Virus record (IMG/VR): IMGVR_UViG_3300047283_000060 | Span: 1 to 35,052 of that record | Source of the DNA: a virus | Lineage: Duplodnaviria; Caudoviricetes | Length of the DNA: 35,052 nt | Direction: 5' to 3' (one strand) | In this document: piece after piece, positions 7,601-16,793 of the stretch | How positions within the stretch are numbered: the stretch's first letter is position 1 | Layout: the number at the start of each line of letters is the position of its first letter | Notes under the pieces: model-generated | Databases searched by the model: none | Seen by the model: only the letters and a program-made list of their open reading frames with translations | Told to the model about the DNA's origin: nothing | Made by a program: the position numbers and the translations under genes

Positions 7601-9291
7601 TGATTTATAACACCAGTAGCGTTAGCACTGTTAGATACTTGTAAGTATGGTAAGTTGCCTAAACTTGTAATGTTTGGCTGACTGCTATTAACAACATCAC
7701 CAGCAAAGTTTGCGTAATTTGCGTTAGCAATACTTGTAGACTCTGGCGCAAATATACCATTACCAAACAATACGTTTGAGCTAGAACCATCTAAATTGAT
7801 AACAGCAATGTTACCTATACCAGATACATTAGCTACTGCTACACTATTTGCACTTGCCGCAATGTTAGCGAATGCGCTATAATTAGCGTTAGCTACTTCA
7901 CCACTTACGTTAGCACCTGCTACTGCATTGGCTGTAGTTGCATACGTAGCTAAGTTAGCTGTATTTGCTTCTCCTGCATAAGCACTATAATTTGCATTGG
8001 CTACTGTACCAGTTATGTTACTAGCATTTACGTTAAATGCTTCACCAGCAAAGTTAGCATAGTTTGCGTTAGCTACGTTAGATATAATTGGAGTCGTAGC
8101 AAATACACCATTGCCATAAAGAATGTTACTTGCATTACCATCTAAATTGACAGTAGCAATATTACCTATACCACTTACATTAGCTACTGCTACTGAGTTA
8201 GCAGTGTTGGCTATATTAGCATTGCCAGCGTCATTTGCATACGTTGCATTAGCTACTGCACCACTTACGTTACTTCCACTTACACTAAATGCATTGCCTG
8301 CAAAGTTTGCATAGTTAGCGTTCGCAACACTTGTGGGTGCGATAACTGCGGCAAACACGCCATTGCCATAAAGTACATTACCAAGATTGCCATCTATATT
8401 AATTGTAGAAATGTTACCAATGCCGCTTACATTAGCTACTGATACTGAGTTAGCACTATTGGCTACAGTTGCACTATTTGCAGTATTTGCGCTACCTGCG
8501 CTATTTGCAAATGTTGCATTTGCTACTGCTCCAGAAACATTACTTCCACTAACACTGAATGCATTACCAGCAAAGTTTGCATAGTTTGCATTAGCTACAT
8601 TTGATACAGTAGGCAATGCACTGAATGCACCGTTACCATAAAGAATGTTACTTGCGTTACCATCTAAATTTACAGTAGCAATGTTACCAATACCACTAAC
8701 GTTAGCAACAGCAACACTATTCGCACTGTTAGCAACAGTTGCACTATTTGCACTATTTGCTGTACCTGCACTCGTAGCAAAAGTTGCGTTAGCTACTGCA
8801 CCAGTTACATTAGATCCACTAACATTAAATGCTGTACCTGCAAAGTTTGCGAAGTTTGCATTTCCTGTTATAATTCCTGTCAATTGACTACCATTACCAA
8901 TAAAGTAGTTAGCGATAATGTTTCCATTTGCTGTTAGTACATTGGCTGCGTAATCAAATTTAAGTGCGTCACTTGCACCTGCATTACCTAATTGATTAAA
9001 CAATACTGCTGTGTTAGTACCAGGCACAACTAAGTTACCACTGATGTTACCAACTACGTTACCAATAAAGTATGGTGCTGTAATGTTACCACTGCTTGAC
9101 AAGCTAGTCAGTGTGCCTACGCTGGTGATATTAGGTTGAGCATTGTTTGTTACAGTGTTTGCTGTGTTTGCGTTTGGAACATTAGTTACTGTTCCAATTG
9201 CCGCACGGCTAATCTGCACTTGCACATTAGCTGGTGGTGTTAATGCAACTTGTACGTTGCCTGTGTTTGTTACGATTACTTGATTAGCCAT
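4657..9291 (-). CDS. long modular tail fibre (1544 aa)
   Basis: A/N/G/T-rich; shaft repeats, YadA-head-like repeats, four RxRG modules, fibre-type C-terminal domain. Confidence 0.85.
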   Translation of the reverse strand: MANQVIVTNTGNVQVALTPPANVQVQISRAAIGTVTNVPNANTANTVTNNAQPNITSVGTLTSLSSSGNITAPYFIGNVVGNISGNLVVPGTNTAVLFNQLGNAGASDALKFDYAANVLTANGNIIANYFIGNGSQLTGIITGNANFANFAGTAFNVSGSNVTGAVANATFATSAGTANSANSATVANSANSVAVANVSGIGNIATVNLDGNASNILYGNGAFSALPTVSNVANANYANFAGNAFSVSGSNVSGAVANATFANSAGSANTANSATVANSANSVSVANVSGIGNISTINIDGNLGNVLYGNGVFAAVIAPTSVANANYANFAGNAFSVSGSNVSGAVANATYANDAGNANIANTANSVAVANVSGIGNIATVNLDGNASNILYGNGVFATTPIISNVANANYANFAGEAFNVNASNITGTVANANYSAYAGEANTANLATYATTANAVAGANVSGEVANANYSAFANIAASANSVAVANVSGIGNIAVINLDGSSSNVLFGNGIFAPESTSIANANYANFAGDVVNSSQPNITSLGNLPYLQVSNSANATGVINQFGSNNITFATNFGNVGTYKLTTIYHPNNSLGYPADRVVRSRGNVATPTTVSSGDRIHQVAGYVYNGTTNAFSVGQTFTAVSINANANAAWSGGQYNLITGNPTGEVSNTSATSPQNTLVFTNSGGLQIVPGTAPNTSLGQSTIGIFVQNYGASTSNLQQIGSSLFVQRARGNRDANLTVEPSDELGKLTFVGHNGSSYQSTRPTQMRVVVDSTYVANSANIPASIKFDTYNSANTLRTTSINSNGNITLASGQFLNTGLNGETAIGANAGTTNQGAQSLAVGYFAGDANQGNYALAFGALAGSNAQGNSTVAIGLRAGSNTQSQYAVAIGQDAGNNIQGEFSVAMGISAAYNNQGTQSVALGYYAGANTQGQYSVAIGRQAGEFTQGANSFALGYGAGQTNQGNNSISFGWAAGYTGQGSNAIAIGAQAGFTNQANNSIILNATGGSLEQTTANTFTVKPVRNANTANVMFYDNITGEITYDLSSNANVGNANYSNFAGTLINGNSNISFTAANGSIQFNPVGNANVARIDGNGSMFTTPLAGGYNNWLAISTNYGTTANGQNASRIASFRYRGSSGANLSVQPNDGLMDLIALGYNGTALATSSGGRFKAIVDNSYIANGANIPVGWQITVNDTVGGTTNTQKFHNFWANGNVTLANVIFADGGGLSNIAVANITGLGNIATLNLDGNASNVLLGNGVFSSAPSTIPTAIANGTSNVSIPTANGTIAFSVNNTANLVMLENGGFMNTFPTSSVINMLRINTFGNPLSDAHRIAWARARGSNTSPTSVNPGDNIGSLSYFAHNGANYQTNSVGFIRGRVDASYTANGANIPIGFQISVNDTNGGINNQSKTHNFYANGTASFAGNVEYGGNLNLTKFKETLYDMGNVSGNVTPDLNNGSIQYMNLTGNITLNAVTNVQNGSSFTLRLVQGGTGNYTLTANSAWKFASSFKTLSTSAGSMDVISAFYDGSFYMATLTTGYA
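6270..6820 (-). repeat. ~11 tandem 16-aa YadA-head-like beta-roll repeats
   Basis: G.xS(V/I)A(I/L)GxxAGxxxQ units; boundaries approximate. Confidence 0.8.
7700..8865 (-). repeat. four ~80-115-aa fibre shaft repeats
   Basis: ANANYANFAG...VAVANVSGIGNIATVNLDGNASNILYGNG recurs four times, with a partial fifth copy near 5500-5600; boundaries approximate. Confidence 0.8.
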
Positions 9292-9292
9292 A

Positions 9293-10054
9293 TTAGTAGT
9301 TGATTACCCCATCTGAATTTACCAAGAACAATAAGAATACTGCTTGGTCATATGCTGGCTGTGTGCCAACTGCGGGAAAACTTATCTTTATTCTGCCTGT
9401 GAAACAAGCTGGCTCTGCGGCACTAATATCTAAGTCAGGATCACCTGCTATCAAGTCCCAAGTATCATCATCGATAGTCATTGTGAAAGTACCAGCGGCA
9501 TTTACTACATTTGTTATAGGTAATACTATTGGAGTAGGTGCAACACGATTCATACGCATTGTGCCACTACCAGTAGTTAAGTTAAATATGCCTCCACCCT
9601 GTGTAGCACTGATTGTAAATGTAGTTTCAGTTATAATTGTTTTTACATAGTATGTTGTATTGATTGCAACACCACCAAATACAGCACCAACAAACTGAAC
9701 TGGTTGATCGACAAATAGATCGGCAGTACTTGTGCAAGTAAATGTATCATCAGTTGTGTCTGCTATTGTAATAGTAGTAATGAGAGGAACTAATGGATAA
9801 TCATAGATTTTAAAATCTATGCCAGTTCTGCTATCTTGGTAATCTACGATTGCTCTACGAACGATTTGTGCATTGATAGTAGCACCAGTTAAGTCTACTG
9901 GTGTTGTGCCAGTTTGCCAACCACTAGTATAACTTGTGACTGTACTCCATTCGAAGTTCCAAAAGTCTTTTTGATTGTATATTAAGTTCTGCGCTAATAC
10001 TTGTGCGTCAAAACCTGCCACTTGATTTAATGTGGCTTGTGTAAATTTTGCCAT
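9293..10054 (-). CDS. BppU-like fibre adaptor / virion protein (253 aa)
   Basis: PVDLTGATINAQIVR motif with an inserted beta domain (NTTYYVKTI...FTISATQGG); start at 10054 after GAGGA SD. Confidence 0.65.
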   Translation of the reverse strand: MAKFTQATLNQVAGFDAQVLAQNLIYNQKDFWNFEWSTVTSYTSGWQTGTTPVDLTGATINAQIVRRAIVDYQDSRTGIDFKIYDYPLVPLITTITIADTTDDTFTCTSTADLFVDQPVQFVGAVFGGVAINTTYYVKTIITETTFTISATQGGGIFNLTTGSGTMRMNRVAPTPIVLPITNVVNAAGTFTMTIDDDTWDLIAGDPDLDISAAEPACFTGRIKISFPAVGTQPAYDQAVFLLFLVNSDGVINY

Positions 10055-10123
10055 TTGTTTTCCTCTGCTGTCTCGCATCTTAACAAAAGATCGCTGACTC
10101 GCAATCTTTCGTGTGTGTGATAA

Positions 10124-10132
10124 TGTATTTAT
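10124..10132 (-). promoter_or_regulatory. late-promoter-like motif ATAAATACA
   Basis: Overlaps the stop of the upstream gene; precedes the second adaptor-fibre-propeller module. Confidence 0.65.
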
Positions 10133-11328
10133 GCGTTAGTATATAAGAACGCGGCTCCAACATCTGTTCCATATGTGTCAATACCTAATGCTCCGCCAAT
10201 AATCCATTGCCCGCTATTATCAATATTAACTGCTAACGAATCTCCAAAACTTGCATTAGCTGTAATCGGGTTAGTTGTTAATTGCTGAATCATTGAATAG
10301 CCGGCATCAGTTTTTTGATAAACTTGTAGTATGCCGGCGCTTACTTGACCAGATACTGTAACTCCAGGAGAGGATATTACAAAAATATTTTCTTGACCGG
10401 CAACACTAACGCTTTGAGCAAATTGGTTAGTAATAGCGCCTGATCCGGCTAATGTGGTATCCAGAGTCCAAGCTGTGCCTGCTCTTTTAAAAATAAATGC
10501 ACTACCAACATATGCTTGTGCATCATTGTTTATTATTAAAAAAGTAGCATCATAATTCATTGATAATGATAGTCCTACATTATTACTATTAATATTTGGA
10601 TAACCACTAAATGTAATTGTTTGTTGAATTGCCCAGGTAGTGGATGCTTTGTAATAGATATATAAATATGCGTTACCGCTATTAGCTAATGGATCCGTTA
10701 CTGCAATATAACTTCCATCATAATTTATACTTACAGCACCTATTCTATTTCCATTATATAATGGAATAGTATTAGTAGTTTGTTGTAATGTCCAAGTAGT
10801 TCCCGTTCTAGTATAGATATAGATGCATTGATAAGTTGTAGTAGAACCACTAGTATTTCTACCACCTATAACTAAACAGGTTCCATCACCACTAATTTGT
10901 GAATGGCTACCGAATGATACTGCACTGACTGTAATAGTTTGTTGTAATGTCCAACTAGTGCCCGATCTAGTATAAACATATGCAGGCGCAATATATGGAA
11001 CATTGCCACCTGCGGTTGCAACAACATAATCGCCATTATTACTTATACTTAAACTATAAACCCTTGATGATGCATATGTATAAGTTGCTTGCTGTGTATA
11101 TGTTCCGTCAAAATTATTTTTGAATATCCAAATACTACCACTTAAACCAAAATTACTACAAACAAAATATTCACCATTATTACTTACATCACAAATAAAA
11201 CCAAAGGATTCATTAGTTGGTCTTGGCGGATCATTAATAATAGTAGCATTCAACGCATATGGAGCGGTTTGTGATAAACCTCTCCATCCATTGATACTAG
11301 CACTTGTAAATGTTGATTGTAAACTCAT
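10129..11328 (-). CDS. FG-GAP-like beta-propeller putative adhesin
   Basis: FG.S.SISxDG...YVYTRSGTSWTLQQT repeats; coupled to the short fibre. Confidence 0.75.
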   Translation of the reverse strand: MSLQSTFTSASINGWRGLSQTAPYALNATIINDPPRPTNESFGFICDVSNNGEYFVCSNFGLSGSIWIFKNNFDGTYTQQATYTYASSRVYSLSISNNGDYVVATAGGNVPYIAPAYVYTRSGTSWTLQQTITVSAVSFGSHSQISGDGTCLVIGGRNTSGSTTTYQCIYIYTRTGTTWTLQQTTNTIPLYNGNRIGAVSINYDGSYIAVTDPLANSGNAYLYIYYKASTTWAIQQTITFSGYPNINSNNVGLSLSMNYDATFLIINNDAQAYVGSAFIFKRAGTAWTLDTTLAGSGAITNQFAQSVSVAGQENIFVISSPGVTVSGQVSAGILQVYQKTDAGYSMIQQLTTNPITANASFGDSLAVNIDNSGQWIIGGALGIDTYGTDVGAAFLYTNA

Positions 11329-12398
11329 TAACTATACCTTGTAGCACTACCTAAAACATCATATGTTGGTGTTGTTGAAGTTTTAACAATTGTAAAAGTG
11401 TAAGAAGTATATGCGTTAGAAGCCGCTGTAGGTATTGTACCATTGACCCATTTTATACTTTGAGCGGCGCTATCAATTGTTATTGATGAAATGCTATATG
11501 ATGTTGTTCCATTTTTAAACACATAGGTAGAAGTAATACTGTGGCTATTAGCCAACAATGTATTTAATGATACACTTGAATTTCCTCTAAAATTTAAAAT
11601 CAAATTAGCAGATGCATTTGCAGTGCTATATTTTATAGCTGAATTAATCAAATCCATATTGTATGTGCCGGTTTGTGCACCTATAATACTAAGATTTTCA
11701 ATACCGTATATCACATTACCTAGTGATCCTAAATAACTATCTGCGGCAATGTTACCAGTTACTGCTAGACTAGTTAATGTACCGACGCTTGTTATATTAG
11801 GTTGAGCATTAGTAGTTACAGTGCCGGCACTTATGGCATATGTTGCGTTCGCTACTGTTCCACTTACATTGGCGCCAGCTACTGCATTTGCAGTTGTAGC
11901 ATAATTAGCCAAATATGCAGTTTGAACATTACCGGTAACGTTACCAGTTACTGCTAAATTACCTGGCATCGCAACATTACCACTTACTTCATTAAATGTA
12001 AATCCAACGTTACCGCCAAATAAACCATTATCATTGTATTGTATTTGTGTATTGCTACCACCAGGCGATCCATTACCACCGCCACCTGTTTGTGCTGTCC
12101 AAGCTAAATTACCAGCACCATCAGTTTGCAACACATAACCATTTGTGCCACCTGTAATCTTTAAATTAGCAACATTGCCCAATGTCAGATTTCCACCGGT
12201 ATACGTGGCAGTTGGTATGCCTGCTAATATACCACCATTATTATATTGCAGTTGAGTTATATTCCCTCCAGCTAATGGTTGAAAATTAGGATTAAAAGTC
12301 AACTGTATATCAGTTGGCGTAAATGTTATATCGTTAGGCTCAACAGTAAAATTAATATTGTTGTTAGCAACGGTAAAATCTAAATTTATATCAGACAT
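11328..12398 (-). CDS. short tail fibre (356 aa)
   Basis: GGSNTQIQYND and NAQPNITSVGTLTSL fibre motifs, the latter shared with the long fibre. Confidence 0.75.
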   Translation of the reverse strand: MSDINLDFTVANNNINFTVEPNDITFTPTDIQLTFNPNFQPLAGGNITQLQYNNGGILAGIPTATYTGGNLTLGNVANLKITGGTNGYVLQTDGAGNLAWTAQTGGGGNGSPGGSNTQIQYNDNGLFGGNVGFTFNEVSGNVAMPGNLAVTGNVTGNVQTAYLANYATTANAVAGANVSGTVANATYAISAGTVTTNAQPNITSVGTLTSLAVTGNIAADSYLGSLGNVIYGIENLSIIGAQTGTYNMDLINSAIKYSTANASANLILNFRGNSSVSLNTLLANSHSITSTYVFKNGTTSYSISSITIDSAAQSIKWVNGTIPTAASNAYTSYTFTIVKTSTTPTYDVLGSATRYS

Positions 12399-12883
12399 TA
12401 TTGATACCTTACAATCATTCCGATCGGTTCTTTACTTACACTTACTCGTGTGCTTAATGCATCAGTGCGTGTTACGGTCATAGTAACAACAGCAATATTT
12501 GTGTTGGCCGCACTGTTAGCTAATGTAATTACTGGCCCACCACCTACTGCGCCGGTTAAGTCTGCTGGTATATACAAATAACCTATACCAGTTGCAGGAG
12601 TAGTAAATGCGGCTGTTAAATTACCACCAGTGTATGTGTTACCACTTAATGTTAAATTACCTACCACAATTTCTGTTGGTATCACAGCATCATACGTAAT
12701 ATTATCAGCCACATAATATTTTACGCCTGTTCCTAATGTCCAACTAGTTGTATTGATTGCATTACCAACACTATCAGTAAACTGAAAAGGAAAAGTATAA
12801 GCTTCCCCTGTGTATATTTCTATACATTGCATCTCTGTGCCAGCGATTGTAATCGTCTTTGCGCCGTTTAATAGTAAACTCAT
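12398..12883 (-). CDS. BppU-like fibre adaptor / virion protein
   Basis: IYTGEAYTFPFQFTDSVGNAINTTSW motif; position parallels 9293..10054. Confidence 0.55.
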   Translation of the reverse strand: MSLLLNGAKTITIAGTEMQCIEIYTGEAYTFPFQFTDSVGNAINTTSWTLGTGVKYYVADNITYDAVIPTEIVVGNLTLSGNTYTGGNLTAAFTTPATGIGYLYIPADLTGAVGGGPVITLANSAANTNIAVVTMTVTRTDALSTRVSVSKEPIGMIVRYQ

Positions 12884-12901
12884 TTTCTTTTCCTTATATT
12901 C

Positions 12902-12908
12902 TATTTAT
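12902..12908 (-). promoter_or_regulatory. late-promoter-like motif ATAAATA
   Basis: In the 30-bp gap before the first adaptor-fibre-propeller module. Confidence 0.55.
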
Positions 12909-12913
12909 TGTTT

Positions 12914-15658
12914 TTAACTAGCTATTAATATGTAAGCTGTAAGTTGCACTATAGTTACATTAGAACCAGGCGTAATGTTGCGAAATAACAAACCAGTAGC
13001 ATCAGATGTGCTAGTAGAAAAACCTCCCATATCATAATTTATATTATGAGGGACAGGTGCTACTGTAGCCAAAGTGTAAGTGCCAGTATTATTATCATCT
13101 CCGTTATAATTGCCGGTACCGGGATAATAAGTGCCTGCTGTCATTTGTATTACAGTATTAGGAGTATCAGTTAATAATTGCAGGGTATAACTTGTATACA
13201 CGTTCGCTCCTGCAGGTACGGCAACTCCGTACGCATTTCTGCTTACATCCCACCATCCATTCACGCCCTGGCCAAAGCCTACTATACCTGTAGTAAAGAA
13301 AGACGCATTGCTAGGCGTAAAACTAGCAGTGCTATTAGCCGCATAACCATCTAATGTGCTTGAGGTACCTTGATACCAAGGATATATTTTAGTTGGGCTT
13401 AAAGTATAACCCGGTATAATGCAGGCTTCGTATAAGGTTCTACTTGCAACTGGTACTGGCAAATATGGAGCTCCACCGGGGTTTGTTACGCTAAAGCTAA
13501 TGAATCTTTGATTTAATATGCTTCCACCTCCTCCACCAGTACCATTAGCCGCACTTGTAATTAAACCCTGTGCGTTAACTGTAAGGTTTGTGCTTGTATA
13601 CGAACCTGCAGTAACTCCAGAATTACCAAGAGAATTTGCAGTGATAGTACCTGCGGCAAAAGCCGTACCAAGTAGTGATCCCGCTAAAATATTAGTATTA
13701 GTAATAGCATTGGCCTGTATCATACTATTAGCACCGCTTGCGCCACCAGTAACGCTGTTTGCTTGTAGACCTGCTGTCCAATTGAATGCACCAGAACTAT
13801 AAGACTGCACACCAGTTGTTGTTGTGCGAGCAGTTACGCTACCATAGTATGTTCCTACTTTCTGATCGTTAACAGTAATACTTAATGTTTCGCCAGCAGT
13901 AAAGGGAACACCAGCACCACTTTGTAATGTAGTATAAAGTTTATGTGTTTCAACGTTACTACTATTGCCTAAGTTAAAATCAAACATAGTAATGCTACCA
14001 ACACTAGGCACAGAACTAGTCATACTGAATGAAGCAACTGCACCGCTATTAGCTAATACAACATTTGCAATAATAGGTGCATCTGGTCTACCTAATATGT
14101 TTGGATCAGTCAATCCTGTATTGTCTGCCGCTATAAAATCTTGAATTGGATTGTCAGCATAGATTGTTGCATTGTATTCAAATGCAGATATCTTTACGCC
14201 CAATGTGCCATCATCAATTTTTGCTTCTTGCACTTGAGATACACGGAATAGTTTGCCTTCGCCACTGTTCATTACATCCCAAGCATATGGTTCAAACTTA
14301 ACTGTAATAACATCACCAGCTTCAATCTGTATACCACTATAATCTAATGTAAAATCAATAACTAAATCTTCACGACTCTGTAATAATCTACGTTGACCTA
14401 GATATACAGATTGAATGTAGTTGTTAACTTGTCCATACTGCACAGTCAATATATTTTCTGGTTCGTTAGGACTCATCACTTCAGGCGCATAGTCAACTAA
14501 CTTAAATGTTGCATAGTCTGTTTGATCCTTTACTACATTGTTAGGATATTGAACTTCTAATATGTTGTAAGCACTATTCAAGTCAATAGGATTAACGTTG
14601 ATACCACTCATTAGATTGCTATCTGTTACTTTATATAAATCACCTATTGCACCATCAAATTCTTTGTTGATAACAACTTTCCATTGACCAGTAAGTTCAT
14701 TATACTGTAGCCAACTATCACAATCGTCAACTAACTGCTGTAAGTTAGCTAAACAGTTTTGACCTGTATTGATAGGGCCATTGATTTTATATCTATCTTG
14801 TGTTGCCGCAGGTGTTACTGGATATCCAACAGGATAATACGTAATCTGTTCTGCTGAATAAACATCTAGTGCAGTTAAACTAGCAGTGTCAATTTGAGCT
14901 ATAGGAATAGCGCAACCATATCTTACATTTTGTAAATAATCTTTTATAACAGAACCAGGCTCATCCAAACTGTTAGTTAATTCAACGCTCATTTGTTTTA
15001 ATGAAGTAGTTCCTGCGTTATCATTGTATATTACTTTAACTACAATAAACGCTAAGTTTGACATTTGCGCTGATTGACCGCCAGTCGTATACAATGCACT
15101 ATCCCACTGCAAATCATCAGGAATACCAGCGTCACTTAACAGTGTAATTGCATTTGCACCACCAGTGCTTATACCACTGCTAGATCCATTAGGAAATTTC
15201 CACATATACAGTTGACCACTAATCTTGTCGTCTACTTGCGCTGGATCGCTATTTGTAACTAACTGTGTAACCTTACTTGTATCTGTGCCATCAAATACAA
15301 CACGTTTACCTTCGTAATAGATATCACCGAATGTGTAACTACCAGTATCTGTTACTTCAGCTAATGTGCAAACATACCACATAGTACGTTGGTCTTCGCT
15401 AATCTTAGCATCTGTTATGATTGGTGCAACGTATGCTGTACCATATACTACTGGAACTTTGTTATTACTTGCTGGTGGTAATTGAATTCTAGCACCAGTG
15501 TCTTGTGTACCAGCCGCGTTTGTGCCTGCACGATTACCTATTAGTTTAGTAATACCAATCGTCAATAATGTTCTTGCGGCAAAGCCTGCAATCGCACCAA
15601 AGATACCACCACCTACTGCCGCTGATACAGTTGCCGCTATAGCTGTAAAAATTGCCAT
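12914..15658 (-). CDS. central tail tip / lambda gpJ-like attachment protein
   Basis: KVPVVYGTAY, VRYGCAIP and IEAGDVITV motifs; hydrophobic N-terminus; synteny after hub genes. Confidence 0.8.
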   Translation of the reverse strand: MAIFTAIAATVSAAVGGGIFGAIAGFAARTLLTIGITKLIGNRAGTNAAGTQDTGARIQLPPASNNKVPVVYGTAYVAPIITDAKISEDQRTMWYVCTLAEVTDTGSYTFGDIYYEGKRVVFDGTDTSKVTQLVTNSDPAQVDDKISGQLYMWKFPNGSSSGISTGGANAITLLSDAGIPDDLQWDSALYTTGGQSAQMSNLAFIVVKVIYNDNAGTTSLKQMSVELTNSLDEPGSVIKDYLQNVRYGCAIPIAQIDTASLTALDVYSAEQITYYPVGYPVTPAATQDRYKINGPINTGQNCLANLQQLVDDCDSWLQYNELTGQWKVVINKEFDGAIGDLYKVTDSNLMSGINVNPIDLNSAYNILEVQYPNNVVKDQTDYATFKLVDYAPEVMSPNEPENILTVQYGQVNNYIQSVYLGQRRLLQSREDLVIDFTLDYSGIQIEAGDVITVKFEPYAWDVMNSGEGKLFRVSQVQEAKIDDGTLGVKISAFEYNATIYADNPIQDFIAADNTGLTDPNILGRPDAPIIANVVLANSGAVASFSMTSSVPSVGSITMFDFNLGNSSNVETHKLYTTLQSGAGVPFTAGETLSITVNDQKVGTYYGSVTARTTTTGVQSYSSGAFNWTAGLQANSVTGGASGANSMIQANAITNTNILAGSLLGTAFAAGTITANSLGNSGVTAGSYTSTNLTVNAQGLITSAANGTGGGGGSILNQRFISFSVTNPGGAPYLPVPVASRTLYEACIIPGYTLSPTKIYPWYQGTSSTLDGYAANSTASFTPSNASFFTTGIVGFGQGVNGWWDVSRNAYGVAVPAGANVYTSYTLQLLTDTPNTVIQMTAGTYYPGTGNYNGDDNNTGTYTLATVAPVPHNINYDMGGFSTSTSDATGLLFRNITPGSNVTIVQLTAYILIAS

Positions 15659-15659
15659 A

Positions 15660-16112
15660 TTATACTCCTGCTACCCAGACTTCTTCAGTCTTTTTATAGC
15701 CAAATTTAGTAAAATCTAAATCTGGACTGTTAACCATTTTAGTCATTGTATACATATTGATTTTATTTTCATTAACTAACTCTTGTGCTAATTTGTTATA
15801 TTGTAACAACAACTTATATCCTGCACTAGAACCTCGATACTGTGGCTCTACCCAATAAACTAATTCACGTAGTACTTTTAAGTTTGGATCCCATATGTTT
15901 TGATCCTTAACGCCTATAATCATACCAGCAGTATTTTTATCTTCTGCTATCAATGCGACACCGCCGCCTAAAATAATATGATGAAATAATTTGCTAATGT
16001 ATTCTTCATTATTGCATTCACGCATCATTTCAATAGGAGTGTTACTGCGAAAATTACGCAACATATCTAACACATTTGGTAAATCAAATTTATTTGCTTG
16101 TCTTATTTTCAT
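15660..16112 (-). CDS. GNAT-fold protein in the tail-tip module
   Basis: MKIRQA...ELVYWVEPQYRGSSAGYKLL...FTKFGY. Confidence 0.8.
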   Translation of the reverse strand: MKIRQANKFDLPNVLDMLRNFRSNTPIEMMRECNNEEYISKLFHHIILGGGVALIAEDKNTAGMIIGVKDQNIWDPNLKVLRELVYWVEPQYRGSSAGYKLLLQYNKLAQELVNENKINMYTMTKMVNSPDLDFTKFGYKKTEEVWVAGV

Positions 16113-16115
16113 TTG

Positions 16116-16793
16116 TTAAAGTCCATCACTTATTTGCTGATAGCTTTCAGTTGTTTGTGTTGCTTCTACTTGTGCTTGACTACTAGTTGAAGCTTTTCTT
16201 AATGGTGTTTTACCAAAATCAAAGTTTTGATCCGAGATACTGTAAATGTTATTCATACTACTATCTGTTGAATTAAAATATGTCCAACTTGCAGGATTTG
16301 TTTTACGACCACTGATACGATTTTCTAATACTGCTCTAAAGCTACTTGCATTCAATGTTACTGTAAAGTTATCACTATCATCTAGTGTATCCATATCTTC
16401 ACTAATGTTATAGCTTGTTACAATACCTGTAAATCTGTGAGCATTGCTTGTTAATATACCATTAGCGTCATAGAAGCCACGTATAATTTCTAACTTACTA
16501 CCTTTTACTTTTTCAGCCAATACAAGCTGAATGTTGTTACCATCGATGCCACTTAAACTTAAACTTGTATCTGCTGATGTAGCACGAATGTCACGCTGTT
16601 GAATACCAACAGCTAATAGTCCACCTAATGGAGTATATGTTTGTCCACTAATAGTTTCAGTCTTATAAGCACTTGAGAACGTATGAATAGTAACGTTTGA
16701 TGTATTTGCAACATCATTGTATATTGTAAGTTTTACAAATTCTGCATTATATAAAACTAATGGATCATTTGCAACTGCTGGTATATTTTGCAT
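16116..16793 (-). CDS. baseplate hub / minor tail protein (gpL/DUF2163-like position)
   Basis: GQTYTPLGGLL...LSLSGID...RFTGIV; start at the TAATG overlap (16793). Confidence 0.65.
   Translation of the reverse strand: MQNIPAVANDPLVLYNAEFVKLTIYNDVANTSNVTIHTFSSAYKTETISGQTYTPLGGLLAVGIQQRDIRATSADTSLSLSGIDGNNIQLVLAEKVKGSKLEIIRGFYDANGILTSNAHRFTGIVTSYNISEDMDTLDDSDNFTVTLNASSFRAVLENRISGRKTNPASWTYFNSTDSSMNNIYSISDQNFDFGKTPLRKASTSSQAQVEATQTTESYQQISDGL

Noticed and set aside
4657-9291. Diversity-generating retroelement targeting the fibre
   Set aside because: No reverse transcriptase, and the repeats differ broadly rather than only at adenines
11559-11566. Additional TAAATACA inside the short fibre gene
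   Set aside because: About 230 nt from the next start codon and within coding sequence; may be a chance occurrence, so not counted as a promoter
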